Shown piece after piece: positions 20,033-28,629 of a DNA stretch of 64,000 nucleotides. This DNA comes from Patescibacteria group bacterium (GTDB lineage Bacteria; Patescibacteriota; Saccharimonadia; UBA4664; SCTI01): assembly GCA_004297735.1 (NCBI GenBank), contig SCTI01000002.1:160-64159 (forward strand), read 5' to 3'. Each line of letters begins with the position of its first letter. The stretch's first letter is position 1. A program made the position numbers and the translations under genes. The notes below the pieces were generated by a model that saw only the letters and a list, made by a program, of their open reading frames with translations, was not told where the DNA came from and ran no database searches.

Positions 20033-20950
20033 TTAACGTTCGGCGGTCCAGGTTGAGACCATGGCAGAGGCGCGGAGTTCATTGGCCGTGAAGCCTCTGT
20101 TCTCGTTGTTCCGCCCGAACTGCCCTGTATTCCAAGGGTCTGCCAGGTAGAACTTGCCCTGCTTAAAGCCGCGGATCACCAAAAAGTGTCCGCCTCCTGT
20201 AAACGGTCCAGGAGCAAAGAGAATGATCGCGAGACCACCTCTTTGAACGGTATTGGCTACCAAACCGAGATCTCCTCCTGTGCGGCGGGCCTCAAGCCCC
20301 ATACTCAGGAGGGCGGTCAAGATGATGTCTCCGCCACCATGGAAGTAGCTCAACACTCCACCCTGGATAATCTGACTGCAGTACTTGCGAGCCAGACTAA
20401 CAGGAGAGACCCTGCTTCCAGGATGAAGCGTCCGGCCCACCATAGTGAGAGCCGTCACGCCGCAACCCGAACCCTTGATCGTTCTGCCGCCACCGAGGCG
20501 ACAAAACGGCTTGCCTCCCCACTTCTTCGAGGTTTGGTTGAGGCTGACCATCGGATAATGTCCACCGATGGTGTAGCCAAATCCCCTCTTAAAGGGGCGG
20601 ATGTGCGCGCCTGATTGACGCTGAGGGTTCGACGGATGGCGACGAGCCGGCTTGGTGGCCGACTTCGGTGCCTTATCGGTACCCTCTTCTCCCTTCACAA
20701 TCCCCAGATCTTCAATGGTTGTCTCATCTGGAGGAAGCGGCGGGAGCTCGGTCGCAACCGGCGGGGGTGCCTCCGTCGAAGGGGGCAAGGTTTCTTCGGG
20801 TGGGGGCGAAGAATTTGGATCCTCAACCACCACCGTTTCACCGTTACCGGTGATGACGGTTTGAGCCATACCCGAAGCGGGTGCCCAGGTCGCGATCGCC
20901 AGCGTAGCGCTGGCAACCAAAGCCAGGATAATGCTGATGAAGCGTGACAT
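20033..20950 (-). CDS. secreted papain-like (C39-like) cysteine peptidase, high-GC (foreign)
   Basis: signal peptide, Pro-rich linker, C-terminal domain with GSGCGVTALTMV (Cys) and GGGHFLVIRG (His), compatible with the Peptidase_C39_2 fold; about 63% GC. Confidence 0.45.
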   Translation of the reverse strand: MSRFISIILALVASATLAIATWAPASGMAQTVITGNGETVVVEDPNSSPPPEETLPPSTEAPPPVATELPPLPPDETTIEDLGIVKGEEGTDKAPKSATKPARRHPSNPQRQSGAHIRPFKRGFGYTIGGHYPMVSLNQTSKKWGGKPFCRLGGGRTIKGSGCGVTALTMVGRTLHPGSRVSPVSLARKYCSQIIQGGVLSYFHGGGDIILTALLSMGLEARRTGGDLGLVANTVQRGGLAIILFAPGPFTGGGHFLVIRGFKQGKFYLADPWNTGQFGRNNENRGFTANELRASAMVSTWTAER

Positions 20951-21004
20951 GTACACCTCTAGAGGTTGAATTTTCAGAGAACGTGTCCCTTTACGGGATA
21001 TTAC

Positions 21005-21033
21005 ACTATATAATACTTTTGTTTTTTTGTCAA
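21005..21033 (-). promoter_or_regulatory. sigma70-like promoter, conserved module ATTGACAAAA
   Basis: minus strand TTGACA-17 nt-TATAGT, then RBS AGAGG before the start codon. Confidence 0.5.
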
Positions 21034-21142
21034 TCTAAGAATCGACTATGTTTAATCTGGTTTTCATCTGTTGAGCGTGGATTCGTGGGAGGTAAAGTGG
21101 GGCCCTGGAGCGGCAGAGTTGCCGCCCCAGGGTTGAGTCGCA

Positions 21143-21430
21143 TCAAAAGCAGGGCCGATGGGCCCAGTACTGGACCGAGTATGAGGGGTAGCCAGCCACC
21201 CTGACTACCTCGACCCAGCGAGTGAGCAGAGGCGCCGAGATGGTGACTTCCTCAAAGTCAAGGCACATCCGGTAAAGCTTTCCGCTGCTGCTCCATCCGG
21301 TGTTGTTGTACGGGCTTGCCGGGGCCTTGGTTGCTGCGGCTGCCCAAAAACAGCACAAGCCGGCCGACAGCAGCATGATGAGCAGGAATGCTCGCCAGCC
21401 CCGGCGGTACAACGACATCAGGTGTGACAT
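21143..21430 (-). CDS. small membrane/secreted hypothetical protein, high-GC (foreign)
   Basis: 95 aa with RBS GAGGAGGG; hydrophobic N-terminus; an overlapping alternative frame 21258..21491 also has an RBS, so the true frame is uncertain. Confidence 0.3.
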   Translation of the reverse strand: MSHLMSLYRRGWRAFLLIMLLSAGLCCFWAAAATKAPASPYNNTGWSSSGKLYRMCLDFEEVTISAPLLTRWVEVVRVAGYPSYSVQYWAHRPCF

Positions 21431-21597
21431 AATCTGGCACCCTCCTCAGGGCTTCAAGATCTACAGATCGTGAACTTCTGCGGTAGGGCATCCGTGCCCC
21501 TCCTATGTGGTTGCTTTCCTATCTGATACGACTCTGGGTGACTTGATCACCCACGAATCAACACATCGCTGTCAACGTACGATGGACAAATATACCA

Positions 21598-21626
21598 TAA
21601 AGCTTACGTTTTGTCAATGATTTTAC
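21598..21626 (-). promoter_or_regulatory. sigma70-like promoter, conserved module ATTGACAAAA
   Basis: minus strand TTGACA-17 nt-TATATT; followed by the 7-bp-arm palindrome TGGGTGATCAAGTCACCCA (21528-21546). Confidence 0.5.
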
Positions 21627-21701
21627 AGCACTGTATAGCTGATTTAATTACCAGTTAATTAAAAATTCGACAGATAGAACGATCTGGATTATGGTCGATA
21701 T

Positions 21702-21947
21702 ATGAACTATATTGATCAGCCTGGCTACGAGGAGTTTAAGGAAGCAATAAAGCGCTTCCACCCCGACACTCAAGAGCGTTTATTGCGCATACATGCTAAA
21801 AATGAGCAAAGGTGGAGAGCTCACGATGAAGATTTTTACGCAGTTATTGAGGATACAACTCAGATGAAGAAGTTATTACGACGGATTAAAAAGCGTCTTG
21901 ATGCATTTGAAAATAAGTCTAAAGCGGTCGGGACAAGAAAAGCCTAA
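21702..21947 (+). CDS. hypothetical small protein, AT-rich (third compositional class)
   Basis: 81 aa, about 40% GC, Lys/Arg-rich helical; converges on the secA stop. Confidence 0.35.
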   Translation: MNYIDQPGYEEFKEAIKRFHPDTQERLLRIHAKNEQRWRAHDEDFYAVIEDTTQMKKLLRRIKKRLDAFENKSKAVGTRKA

Positions 21948-24556
21948 CGTCGTTTTTTGCGTTTTTTGTTTGCCTTTTTAGAGCCCCCAGATGAGCTCTT
22001 TTGTCGTCTAGCAGCACGGTTGCCACCAGATGGAGCAACCTCTTCCCCATCTGATCCGGCCTGGCTCATATCGCTGAGCTCGTGGGCCTGGGCAGCGGCC
22101 CGGGTCATAGCGGTCTGGACCTGTTCACCGGCTGGTTCAATGGTCAGGCTGGCGCGTAAGATTGAATTGGCAATCTCCGCCTCCATAATCTGGATCAGCC
22201 GATTAAATAGGTTGTGACTTTCGCGCTTGTACTCAATTAACGGATCGCGCTGACCAATGGCACGCAGGCCAATACCTTCACGCAGTCGCTCCATGGCCTC
22301 CAGGTGCTCAATCCATAACCGGTCGAGTATCTGCAGGTAAACCAGCCGCTCCAGCAAGCGCATCGCCTCCGACCCCATCTGTTGTTCCCTGGAATCATAC
22401 AGCTTAGCGGTGTAACCAATTAGGATTTGAGCCACATCTCGCGGGTCAGCATCCTTAACCTGATCTATTACCGACTGGTCCAACATCATGCCGGCCTGGA
22501 CCTGTTCAACCACCTTATCGGTATCAAGTATGCCGGTACGCTGATCGGTGTGAGCTTCAACCAACACCGTCATCTCGTGAGCCAGCATCTTCTCAATCTC
22601 TTCCCTCAGGTTGGCGTGCTTGAGCGCCGCCTTGCGTCGGCTGTAAATCACCTCACGGTGTCGGTTCATTACATCGTCAAACTCAACCACCTGCTTGCGA
22701 ATGTCGAAGTTGTGCCCCTCCACCTTCTTTTGGGCGTTTTCAAGACTACGACTAACCACGCCGCTCTCAATCGGCGTTTCGTCGTCAACACCTAGACTTT
22801 GCATCAAACCGGCCACTCGCTCGCCACCAAAGATGCGCATCAGATCATCTTCGAGCGAGACATAAAAACGGGTTGAGCCTGGGTCACCCTGGCGCCCAGC
22901 GCGACCACGCAGCTGGTTGTCGATCCGACGAGACTCGTTGCGCTCGGTACCAATTACGTACAAACCGCCAACCTCCTGCACTCCTTCGCCCAACACAATA
23001 TCGGTACCACGACCGGCGATGTTGGTGGCAAGCGTCACCGCCCCCGGCTGGCCGGCATCGGCCACAATTGAGGCCTCGCGTTCGTTGTTTTTGGCGTTGA
23101 GCACTCGGTGCGGAATCTTAGCCTTACTTAGCAACTGGCTCAGCATTTCGTTCTTAGCGATTGAGGCAGTACCAACCAACACCGGCTGACCGGCCTGGTG
23201 TCGCTCGGCAATATCACCCACCACGGCGTTAAACTTACCCATCTGAGTACGATAAATTCGATCTGGATGGTCAATTCGGATATTGGGTTTGTTGGTTGGA
23301 ACCACCACCACATCTAGCTCATAGACCTTAAAGAACTCCTCTTTTTCGGTCGCGGCGGTACCGGTCATACCGGCCAGCTTCTGGTAAAGGCGGAAGTAGT
23401 TCTGGAAGGTGATGGTGGCTAGCGTCATCGATTCCTGACGAATCTCAACCCCCTCTTTGGCCTCAATCGCCTGGTGTAGACCCTCGCTGTAGCGACGACC
23501 GTGCATTAAGCGACCGGTGAACTCGTCCACAATAATGATCTCGTTTTCGCGCACCACGTAATCTCGATCCTTGAGGTAGAGCGACTGAGCCTTGAGCGAC
23601 TGCTCAACGTGGTGAACGTCCTCAATCCGACCGGCTTCGTAAACATTATCAACACCTAAAGCCTTTTCCAGCTTACAAATACCATCGTCGGTAACACTGA
23701 CCGCCTTTTGCTTTTCGTCCAAGGTGTAATCTGTCCCCTCCTGTAAACCCTGGGCCAAGCGGGCAAACTGACGATACTTGTCGGTGCTTTCGCCGGCCGG
23801 GGCGCTAATGATGAGTGGAGTCCGTGACTCGTCAATCAAGATAGAGTCGACCTCGTCAACAATGGCGTAGGCCAGATCACGCTGCACCATCGCTGGCTCT
23901 TCATTAACCATATTGTCGCGCAAGTAATCAAAACCAAACTCGTTGTTGGTACCGTAGGTAATATCGGCGGTATAGGCTTCGCGGCGGCTAACCGGGCGCA
24001 GATGTTTGAGTCGGACGTCGTCAACACCTTCGGCCCCATAGTCCGGATCGTACAGATAAGCTGATACACCAAAGGTCGCCTGTGGCACAATCACCCCGGT
24101 GGTCAAGCCAAGCGCATGGTAAATCTGAGCCATCCAGCCGGCGTCACGTCGTGCCAGATAGTCGTTAACGGTCACCACGTGAACGCCCTTACCGGCCAAA
24201 GCGTTAAGGTAGGTTGGCGCGGTAGCAACCAGGGTCTTACCCTCACCGGTCCGCATTTCGGCGATTTTACCCTGGTGGAGCACGATTCCGCCGATTAGCT
24301 GGACATCATAATGGCGCTGGCCAATGGTGCGCCTGGCGGCTTCGCGAACCGTGGCAAAGGCTTCGGGCAGGAGATCATCGATGCCGACACCTTCTTTGGC
24401 AAGCTGATCTTTGAGCTTTTGGGTCTGATCTTTGAGCTTAGCATCGGATAATTTCTTGGTTTTGGCTTCGAGTGCGTTGACCTGTTCAACCAGCCGCTGA
24501 GCGCGGTTGACTTCGCGGGAACTGGTATCGCCAAAAATGCGCTGCAACAACTTCAT
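21944..24556 (-). CDS. secA: preprotein translocase ATPase SecA
   Basis: 870 aa, DEAD-motor motifs, Lys-rich C-terminal tail. Confidence 0.95.
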   Translation of the reverse strand: MKLLQRIFGDTSSREVNRAQRLVEQVNALEAKTKKLSDAKLKDQTQKLKDQLAKEGVGIDDLLPEAFATVREAARRTIGQRHYDVQLIGGIVLHQGKIAEMRTGEGKTLVATAPTYLNALAGKGVHVVTVNDYLARRDAGWMAQIYHALGLTTGVIVPQATFGVSAYLYDPDYGAEGVDDVRLKHLRPVSRREAYTADITYGTNNEFGFDYLRDNMVNEEPAMVQRDLAYAIVDEVDSILIDESRTPLIISAPAGESTDKYRQFARLAQGLQEGTDYTLDEKQKAVSVTDDGICKLEKALGVDNVYEAGRIEDVHHVEQSLKAQSLYLKDRDYVVRENEIIIVDEFTGRLMHGRRYSEGLHQAIEAKEGVEIRQESMTLATITFQNYFRLYQKLAGMTGTAATEKEEFFKVYELDVVVVPTNKPNIRIDHPDRIYRTQMGKFNAVVGDIAERHQAGQPVLVGTASIAKNEMLSQLLSKAKIPHRVLNAKNNEREASIVADAGQPGAVTLATNIAGRGTDIVLGEGVQEVGGLYVIGTERNESRRIDNQLRGRAGRQGDPGSTRFYVSLEDDLMRIFGGERVAGLMQSLGVDDETPIESGVVSRSLENAQKKVEGHNFDIRKQVVEFDDVMNRHREVIYSRRKAALKHANLREEIEKMLAHEMTVLVEAHTDQRTGILDTDKVVEQVQAGMMLDQSVIDQVKDADPRDVAQILIGYTAKLYDSREQQMGSEAMRLLERLVYLQILDRLWIEHLEAMERLREGIGLRAIGQRDPLIEYKRESHNLFNRLIQIMEAEIANSILRASLTIEPAGEQVQTAMTRAAAQAHELSDMSQAGSDGEEVAPSGGNRAARRQKSSSGGSKKANKKRKKRR

Positions 24557-24607
24557 AACCTGGTTATTTTAGCACATTTCTCCAGGTGTGACAGGCTCTT
24601 TAAGTGA

Positions 24608-24985
24608 CTACTGTGTATCAACTGGTGGGTAATCAGATTCAGCGACTTGATTACCTCGCCGACGCGGACGGTGCGAGCTATGCTTATCCTTATACTTGAT
24701 AATCTGGGACTTTAGCTTTTGCTCAACAATATCAACCGCAGCATACAAGTTAACCGTGCCCTCCTTGGCAAACATGTCTACGCCGGGCACGTCTAGACGC
24801 ACCTCGCAAATATACTGGTAGCCCTCGCCGGCGCTTTTATCAAACTCCAGTACCACCTTACCCTTGGCGATGGCATGACCTTTGGGCATGTAACGATCCA
24901 GCTGACCAATCTTACGCCCTACGTAGTCCTGTAGCTTGTCGTCCAGCTCCTCGTGATGGCGAGCGGTTAACTGTAGGTTAATCAT
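24608..24985 (-). CDS. hpf: ribosome hibernation promoting factor (RaiA/HPF, short form)
   Basis: 125 aa S30AE family fold pattern. Confidence 0.8.
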   Translation of the reverse strand: MINLQLTARHHEELDDKLQDYVGRKIGQLDRYMPKGHAIAKGKVVLEFDKSAGEGYQYICEVRLDVPGVDMFAKEGTVNLYAAVDIVEQKLKSQIIKYKDKHSSHRPRRRGNQVAESDYPPVDTQ

Positions 24986-26208
24986 AGCGTCTTACCTCCA
25001 TAGTAGGTTTGCAGGGCTTCTGGTATGGCCACAGTACCATCCTCGGCCTGATGATTCTCAAGCAACGCAATTAGCAGGCGACTGGTTGCCACGGCGGTGC
25101 CATTTAGGGTATGCACGTGCTCCAGGCTACCATCTTCCTTTCGGGCGCGAATATTTAAGCGGCGAGCCTGATAATCAGTCACATTACTACAGCTGGTGAG
25201 TTCGCGATAGCTGCCATCAACCGGGCTCCAGTACTCAATGTCGTACTTCTTGTAGGCCGGGGCACCCAGATCGCCAGCCGCAATCCGTACCAGCCGATAC
25301 GGGATCTCTAGTTCATGGCAGATCCGTTCCTCAACCTCAACCAGCTTTTGATGCCATTTTTCGCTATCTTCGGGCGAGCAGAACACATACATTTCTAACT
25401 TATTAAACTGATGCACTCTGTATAAGCCCTTACTGTGTTTGCCGTAAGCCCCCGCCTCCTGGCGATAAGCCGGACTGTAGCCAGCATAGAGTAGCGGCAG
25501 CTGATCGGCTTCCAGGATTTCGTCGGCATGATAGCCGGTTAGCGGGATTTCGGCGGTAGCAATCAAGTTAAGGTCGTCGCCCTCAATCTCGTAGATCTGG
25601 CGCTCCTCACCGCGAGGGCTAAAACCGGTCCCGTTCATGGTGCGAGTGTTAGCCATATGCGGCACGCTCATTAGAGTAAAGCCCTCTTTTTCAAGCAGAT
25701 CCATGGCCATGTTTACCACCGCCATCTCGAGGCGGACCAAGGCGCCCTTTAAAAAGTAGAACTTGGCGCCGGCCACCTTGGCGCCACGCTCGAAGTCAAT
25801 CCAGTCGTTGGCTTCACCAAGAGTTAAATGATCCTTAACTCCGTCGCGCTTTTCGGCCTTGCCCCAGGTCCTTTCCTCACGATTATCCTCTTCCCCGCCT
25901 TCGGGTGTGTCAGTGGCAAGCAAGTTTGGAATCTGTTGCAGAACTGCATCCAGCTTTTCGGTGGTTTGCTTAAGCTGTTTTTCGAGCGGTTCAAGCTCGG
26001 CCTTGGCCTGCTGTAGGGCCTTGAGCTCATCCTCGCTAGGCTTACCCTTAACGTTCAGCTGGGCGCGGAGCTGCTCAACCTTGGCAATTTGCTGGGCGCG
26101 ATCGGCATCAAGTTTGATGGCTGCCTTTATATCAACCTTAATTCCTCTCTGCTCAGCTGAGGTTTGGTAATCTTCGGGGTTGGCTCGGAGGTTTTTGATA
26201 TCAATCAT
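24982..26208 (-). CDS. serS: serine--tRNA ligase
   Basis: 408 aa; N-terminal coiled-coil arm and class II core. Confidence 0.9.
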   Translation of the reverse strand: MIDIKNLRANPEDYQTSAEQRGIKVDIKAAIKLDADRAQQIAKVEQLRAQLNVKGKPSEDELKALQQAKAELEPLEKQLKQTTEKLDAVLQQIPNLLATDTPEGGEEDNREERTWGKAEKRDGVKDHLTLGEANDWIDFERGAKVAGAKFYFLKGALVRLEMAVVNMAMDLLEKEGFTLMSVPHMANTRTMNGTGFSPRGEERQIYEIEGDDLNLIATAEIPLTGYHADEILEADQLPLLYAGYSPAYRQEAGAYGKHSKGLYRVHQFNKLEMYVFCSPEDSEKWHQKLVEVEERICHELEIPYRLVRIAAGDLGAPAYKKYDIEYWSPVDGSYRELTSCSNVTDYQARRLNIRARKEDGSLEHVHTLNGTAVATSRLLIALLENHQAEDGTVAIPEALQTYYGGKTL

Positions 26209-26286
26209 AATAGCTTTATTATAGCGTGCCTAAAGGCTTTTTTATAGGTTGATTGTTACACAAATCAAGCCAAACTCCGGTCTTTA

Positions 26287-27822
26287 TTAGCTTTGTCGCT
26301 TCAAGCGTTTTGTTAGCCAATCGCGATCAAGACTGGCCAAGAACCAGCCCGCCTTTGGACCGTATAGCTTACCCAGGATGACTTGATAAAGCGCCTGGAA
26401 GGCTTCTTTGGGTTGGAGCTCGGCCTCATCTTTGGCGGCATAAATCAGCTGGTGCATGGTTTGGCCATCAATATCGCCAGAATGATCTTCAATTTTAGTA
26501 GCAAGTAGGTCGAGGAACTTCTGCTGGGCGGCGCTAAGGTCGGCTTGAGGAAGCTCTTTTTGAACCTGGAATTTTACTTCATCCGGAGCGTATTTTTCGA
26601 GCCAGTTTTTGACAAAGGTGAGTTCGGCAATAATGATATCGCGCTCGTTTTCAACCTCGTCTTTGTAATCGGTGCGGCGGAGTACTTCGAGCGTTTGCCC
26701 CTCGTCTCCCTGGGCGGCCTGATACACCTGAACCAGGTGCTTAAACGGTACGCTGGAAATCACGCGTTTGGTGTCACCGGCCACCGCAAAGTTGTAGGCA
26801 TCACGAAACTCATGATCCGGATCATCCTGAACGGCAGCAAACTCATCGATTAAGTTATAGAGGCCTTGACCGGGATCAAAGATCAGCTTTCGCTCGGGGC
26901 GGCTGCGAACAATAAAGTAACGCAGGATTTCAGCCGGCATAATTTTGAGAGCTTCTTCAGGGGTAACTCCATTACCCTTTGATGAGCTCATCTTGATATT
27001 TTCGCCAGGACGATGAATGTGACCGTAGCGCGCCGCATCGTACGGCGGCTCGATGCCAAAAATATCGCGAGCAAAATCTACGCCGGTGTCGTACGAGCTA
27101 CCGGAGGCGCCATGCTCTTGGGCGCCAAATGGCTCAACCTGCACGCCTAGCAGAGCCCAGCGCGCCGGCCAGTCGAGACGCCAATCGAGCTTTACTCGTC
27201 CATCATTAAATGGCGTATCGTTAATGGTTTCTTTATCTTTATTGAAAGTATTGAGCTCTCCCTTGGCAAACCGGTTGTCTTCCTGTAACACCGTTACCGG
27301 AGTCCAGTCGGCCGGTAGTTCACGGTTTGATTTTGCTTTAAAGATTTCGCGAATGCGATCAACTTTTGAAAGTGCCTGAGTAATGTACGGAGCCATCTTG
27401 CCAGGCTGATACAGGTCACGGTAGCTTCGAATAATCTCCGGCTTGATTCCCATTGGCTCAAGATGCTGCTCAAACTCAGCAAAAAAGTGGTCGGCATAGG
27501 ATCCGTACTTTGAATCGGTTGGGTTTGGCACCAAACTAATTGGCCAACCCACATACTGCTCAAACTCCTTTGGTAAAAAGTCATAGCGTTTACGTAATGG
27601 GTCAAAGTCGTCCACCACGTGAAGATGGCGAGCCTGGCGACCACGCTGGCGCACCGCCCAGGTTAAGGCCTCGGCGGTCATAATCTCACGGAAATGCCCA
27701 ATGTGGTATGAGGCCGATGGCGAAATGCCGCTCGACACGATAATCTCGCCGTCTGGGTAGCGGCGGATAATCTCGTCGGCGGCTAGGTCGAGCCAAAAAT
27801 TGCTGGTTTTGGTTTCGCTCAT
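26287..27822 (-). CDS. lysS: lysine--tRNA ligase, class I
   Basis: 511 aa; HIGH (SYHIGHFREI) and KMSKS-like (KMSSSKG) class I motifs with LysRS-I-like N-terminus. Confidence 0.75.
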   Translation of the reverse strand: MSETKTSNFWLDLAADEIIRRYPDGEIIVSSGISPSASYHIGHFREIMTAEALTWAVRQRGRQARHLHVVDDFDPLRKRYDFLPKEFEQYVGWPISLVPNPTDSKYGSYADHFFAEFEQHLEPMGIKPEIIRSYRDLYQPGKMAPYITQALSKVDRIREIFKAKSNRELPADWTPVTVLQEDNRFAKGELNTFNKDKETINDTPFNDGRVKLDWRLDWPARWALLGVQVEPFGAQEHGASGSSYDTGVDFARDIFGIEPPYDAARYGHIHRPGENIKMSSSKGNGVTPEEALKIMPAEILRYFIVRSRPERKLIFDPGQGLYNLIDEFAAVQDDPDHEFRDAYNFAVAGDTKRVISSVPFKHLVQVYQAAQGDEGQTLEVLRRTDYKDEVENERDIIIAELTFVKNWLEKYAPDEVKFQVQKELPQADLSAAQQKFLDLLATKIEDHSGDIDGQTMHQLIYAAKDEAELQPKEAFQALYQVILGKLYGPKAGWFLASLDRDWLTKRLKRQS

Positions 27823-27857
27823 ATGATGTGATTTTACCTTAGTTATTGCTTTCTATA

Positions 27858-27884
27858 AACCAAAATGAGCCCGAGTGGGCTCAT
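27858..27884 (-). terminator. rho-independent terminator of greA
   Basis: ATGAGCCC-gagt-GGGCTCAT followed by a T-run on the minus strand. Confidence 0.6.
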
Positions 27885-27906
27885 TTACCGGTGATCAAAG
27901 TCTATT

Positions 27907-28383
27907 TTATTCGATATGCTTGATCTTGTAGGTCATAGTGCCCGAAGGAACCGAAATCTCAACCTCTTCACCCTTGCCCTTGCCCATAAGCGCCTGGCCG
28001 ATTGGTGACTCATTCGAAATCTTACCGAGCTCCGGATTGGCCTCGGTGGAGCCAACGATGGTGTACTTCTGTTCACCATCTTCAAGCTCCAAGTGTACGG
28101 TCGAGCCAATATCAACCTTGTCGGTCTTTTTGGGAGCCTTAATGATTACCACGTTGCGCAAAATCTGCTCAACCTCGGCAATGCGCCCTTCCACAAATGA
28201 CTGGTGCTCTTTGGCAGCATCCCAAGAAGCGTTTTCGCTAAGGTCACCAAACTCCTTGGCCTCCTTCAGCTCCTTAGCAATCTGGGGACGCTGATTTTTG
28301 GTCAAATCCTCCAGCTCGGCCTTGAGCTTTTCAACGCCTTCCTTGGTTAGGTAAAACTCTTTTTTAGTTGTAGGTGCACTCAT
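27907..28383 (-). CDS. greA: transcription elongation factor GreA
   Basis: 158 aa; N-terminal coiled-coil with acidic tip, C-terminal FKBP-like domain. Confidence 0.85.
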   Translation of the reverse strand: MSAPTTKKEFYLTKEGVEKLKAELEDLTKNQRPQIAKELKEAKEFGDLSENASWDAAKEHQSFVEGRIAEVEQILRNVVIIKAPKKTDKVDIGSTVHLELEDGEQKYTIVGSTEANPELGKISNESPIGQALMGKGKGEEVEISVPSGTMTYKIKHIE

Positions 28384-28629
28384 GTGTGCCTCCTTTCTTG
28401 TTCCCTCATTTTTTGCTTGGCATAAAAACGCCCGAGGAAAAACCTCGGTGCCAGGCAGAGTCTATAAGCTTAAAAGTAAGTGCGGACACTTACGATGTAA
28501 TGTATTGTCCCGCAGCCAACGCCTAAGGTCAAGCGTTACTCTTGTTAATGTGGTTTAAAAGCAGTATTTGGGCTTAACAAAGGTAAAGTTTTTAAATACA
28601 AGCGTTGTTATTGACTGACATTAGCGTCT

